DNA from: Wolbachia endosymbiont of Dirofilaria (Dirofilaria) immitis
Lineage (GTDB): Bacteria; Pseudomonadota; Alphaproteobacteria; Rickettsiales; Anaplasmataceae
Assembly (NCBI RefSeq): GCF_013365455.1
Contig: NZ_CP046578.1
Location: 30,001-62,000, forward strand
Direction: 5' to 3'
DNA: 32,000 nt
A model generated the notes under the pieces. That model was not told where the DNA came from, did no database searches, and saw only the letters and a list, made by a program, of their open reading frames with translations. A program made the translations under genes and the position numbers. This document shows, one piece after another, positions 30,912 to 32,000 of this stretch. Numbering within the stretch: position 1 is the stretch's first letter; each line of letters opens with the position of its first letter.

Positions 30912-32000
30912 TATTTTTTTATTCTATAGTTGATTAGGTAATTATCTACAAAAACTTTGTAAATTATGTTGGTTTATTGACCAAGCTCTTGATTTTTAGC
31001 AGAATTTATTATATTATTAACGTAATTAAAGCAAGGGGTATATAATCGAGTTAATTATGAAAGAATTTGTCAAGCTGGTAACAGAAAAAGTATTGGTTTA
31101 ATAGTAAACTTTATTGATAATGGTAAAGTAAAATTTGGTACTTGTTATAAATCTAATGGTTAAAAGGTGCTACATACAGAAGTTCTTCTTATTTTGCATG
31201 TAATCTGATAAGCAACTACTAGAAGATGTGATAAAGCATTTAAGAGGGGCGTTGCTGGATTATGTAAAGAACAATTTAATAAAGAATTAAGATAAAGGAC
31301 TTTATGCTTACATAAAATTTCAGAATAGAGAGGTGATATATTTATTACATTAAGCTATTAAAGTAATACACTTAGATAATGGCAGCCTTTTAGTAAAAGA
31401 CAAAAGGTAAGATTCTGTTGGATTTAGCTTAAGGAAAACAAGAGCTGCACTTTAATAATAATATGAGGAGAATAAAGCTAAGTCAAAGAAGGGAAGAGCT
31501 AGATATAGTGATTTAATTGATATTGTGCCCAGTTTTTTCTTGATGTTGGATTAAGTATTGCTACTATTTTAGTAGCTATTAATGCTAGTTTAGATATAAT
31601 AGTAGTATTTCCTTTTATTGTTAGAATAGTGGCTGAATTGGCTGTAATCTTTTTGGTTATATAAATAAGCTAAAACGATGAATGGTGTTTGTTAATATGG
31701 TTCTGAATTCTCTTTTGTTTATAAGACATATAAAAATAAATAACTTGCTGACGAGAGTTTTACAAAAGAATTTATTGAGTAACACAAAAATCTTGATGTG
31801 TTTCCCTTGCTCATTGTAGTAAATTAGGTGCTTAAGTAACTTGCTTTTTAGGTCCTATAATAATTTCAGCTCTCAGTCAGTTTTATATAAGATTAAATTG
31901 CCGCTTTTTTCTTTTCTCACTTATTTTTATCTAAAGAAGCTAGAATCTAGTATAGATTTTTTCTACCTCTGTGATATTATAAATTTATGGTCATAGATAA

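Noticed and set aside
1-32000. CRISPR arrays, insertion sequences, integrases, toxin-antitoxin or defence cassettes
   Set aside because: By reading alone I saw no regularly spaced repeats, transposase or integrase motifs, terminal inverted repeats or defence-domain proteins. A k-mer repeat scan would be needed to exclude short or degenerate repeats.

Overview
This 32 kb AT-rich window looks like the chromosome of a reduced-genome, obligate intracellular alphaproteobacterium. My inference is Anaplasmataceae, Ehrlichia/Neoehrlichia-like, based on gene content, protein style and AT bias. I can support about 18 intact protein genes: plsY, an AGCS symporter, pssA/psd, tpiA, ispDF, a CcoN/NorB-like oxidase subunit I homolog, nuoE, tgt, an Mrp/Nuo-like antiporter subunit, a divergent double-FKBP-like protein, acpP/fabF, an AEC transporter, gatA, rnc, pyrD and a class I aldolase. 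I also see tRNA-Glu(TTC) and tRNA-Cys(GCA). The strongest non-routine observation is a heavily decayed priA (replication-restart helicase) at 28.6-30.9 kb, split across all three forward frames. The annotated coding regions cover only about 55% of the window. Several long intergenic stretches contain coherent but stop-interrupted reading frames that look like decayed genes, notably 9.0-10.2 kb (minus), 3.26-3.60 kb (plus), 15.0-15.3 kb (plus) and 18.7-19.04 kb (minus). I found no convincing CRISPR array, mobile element, toxin-antitoxin or defence cassette, rRNA or novel multi-gene system.
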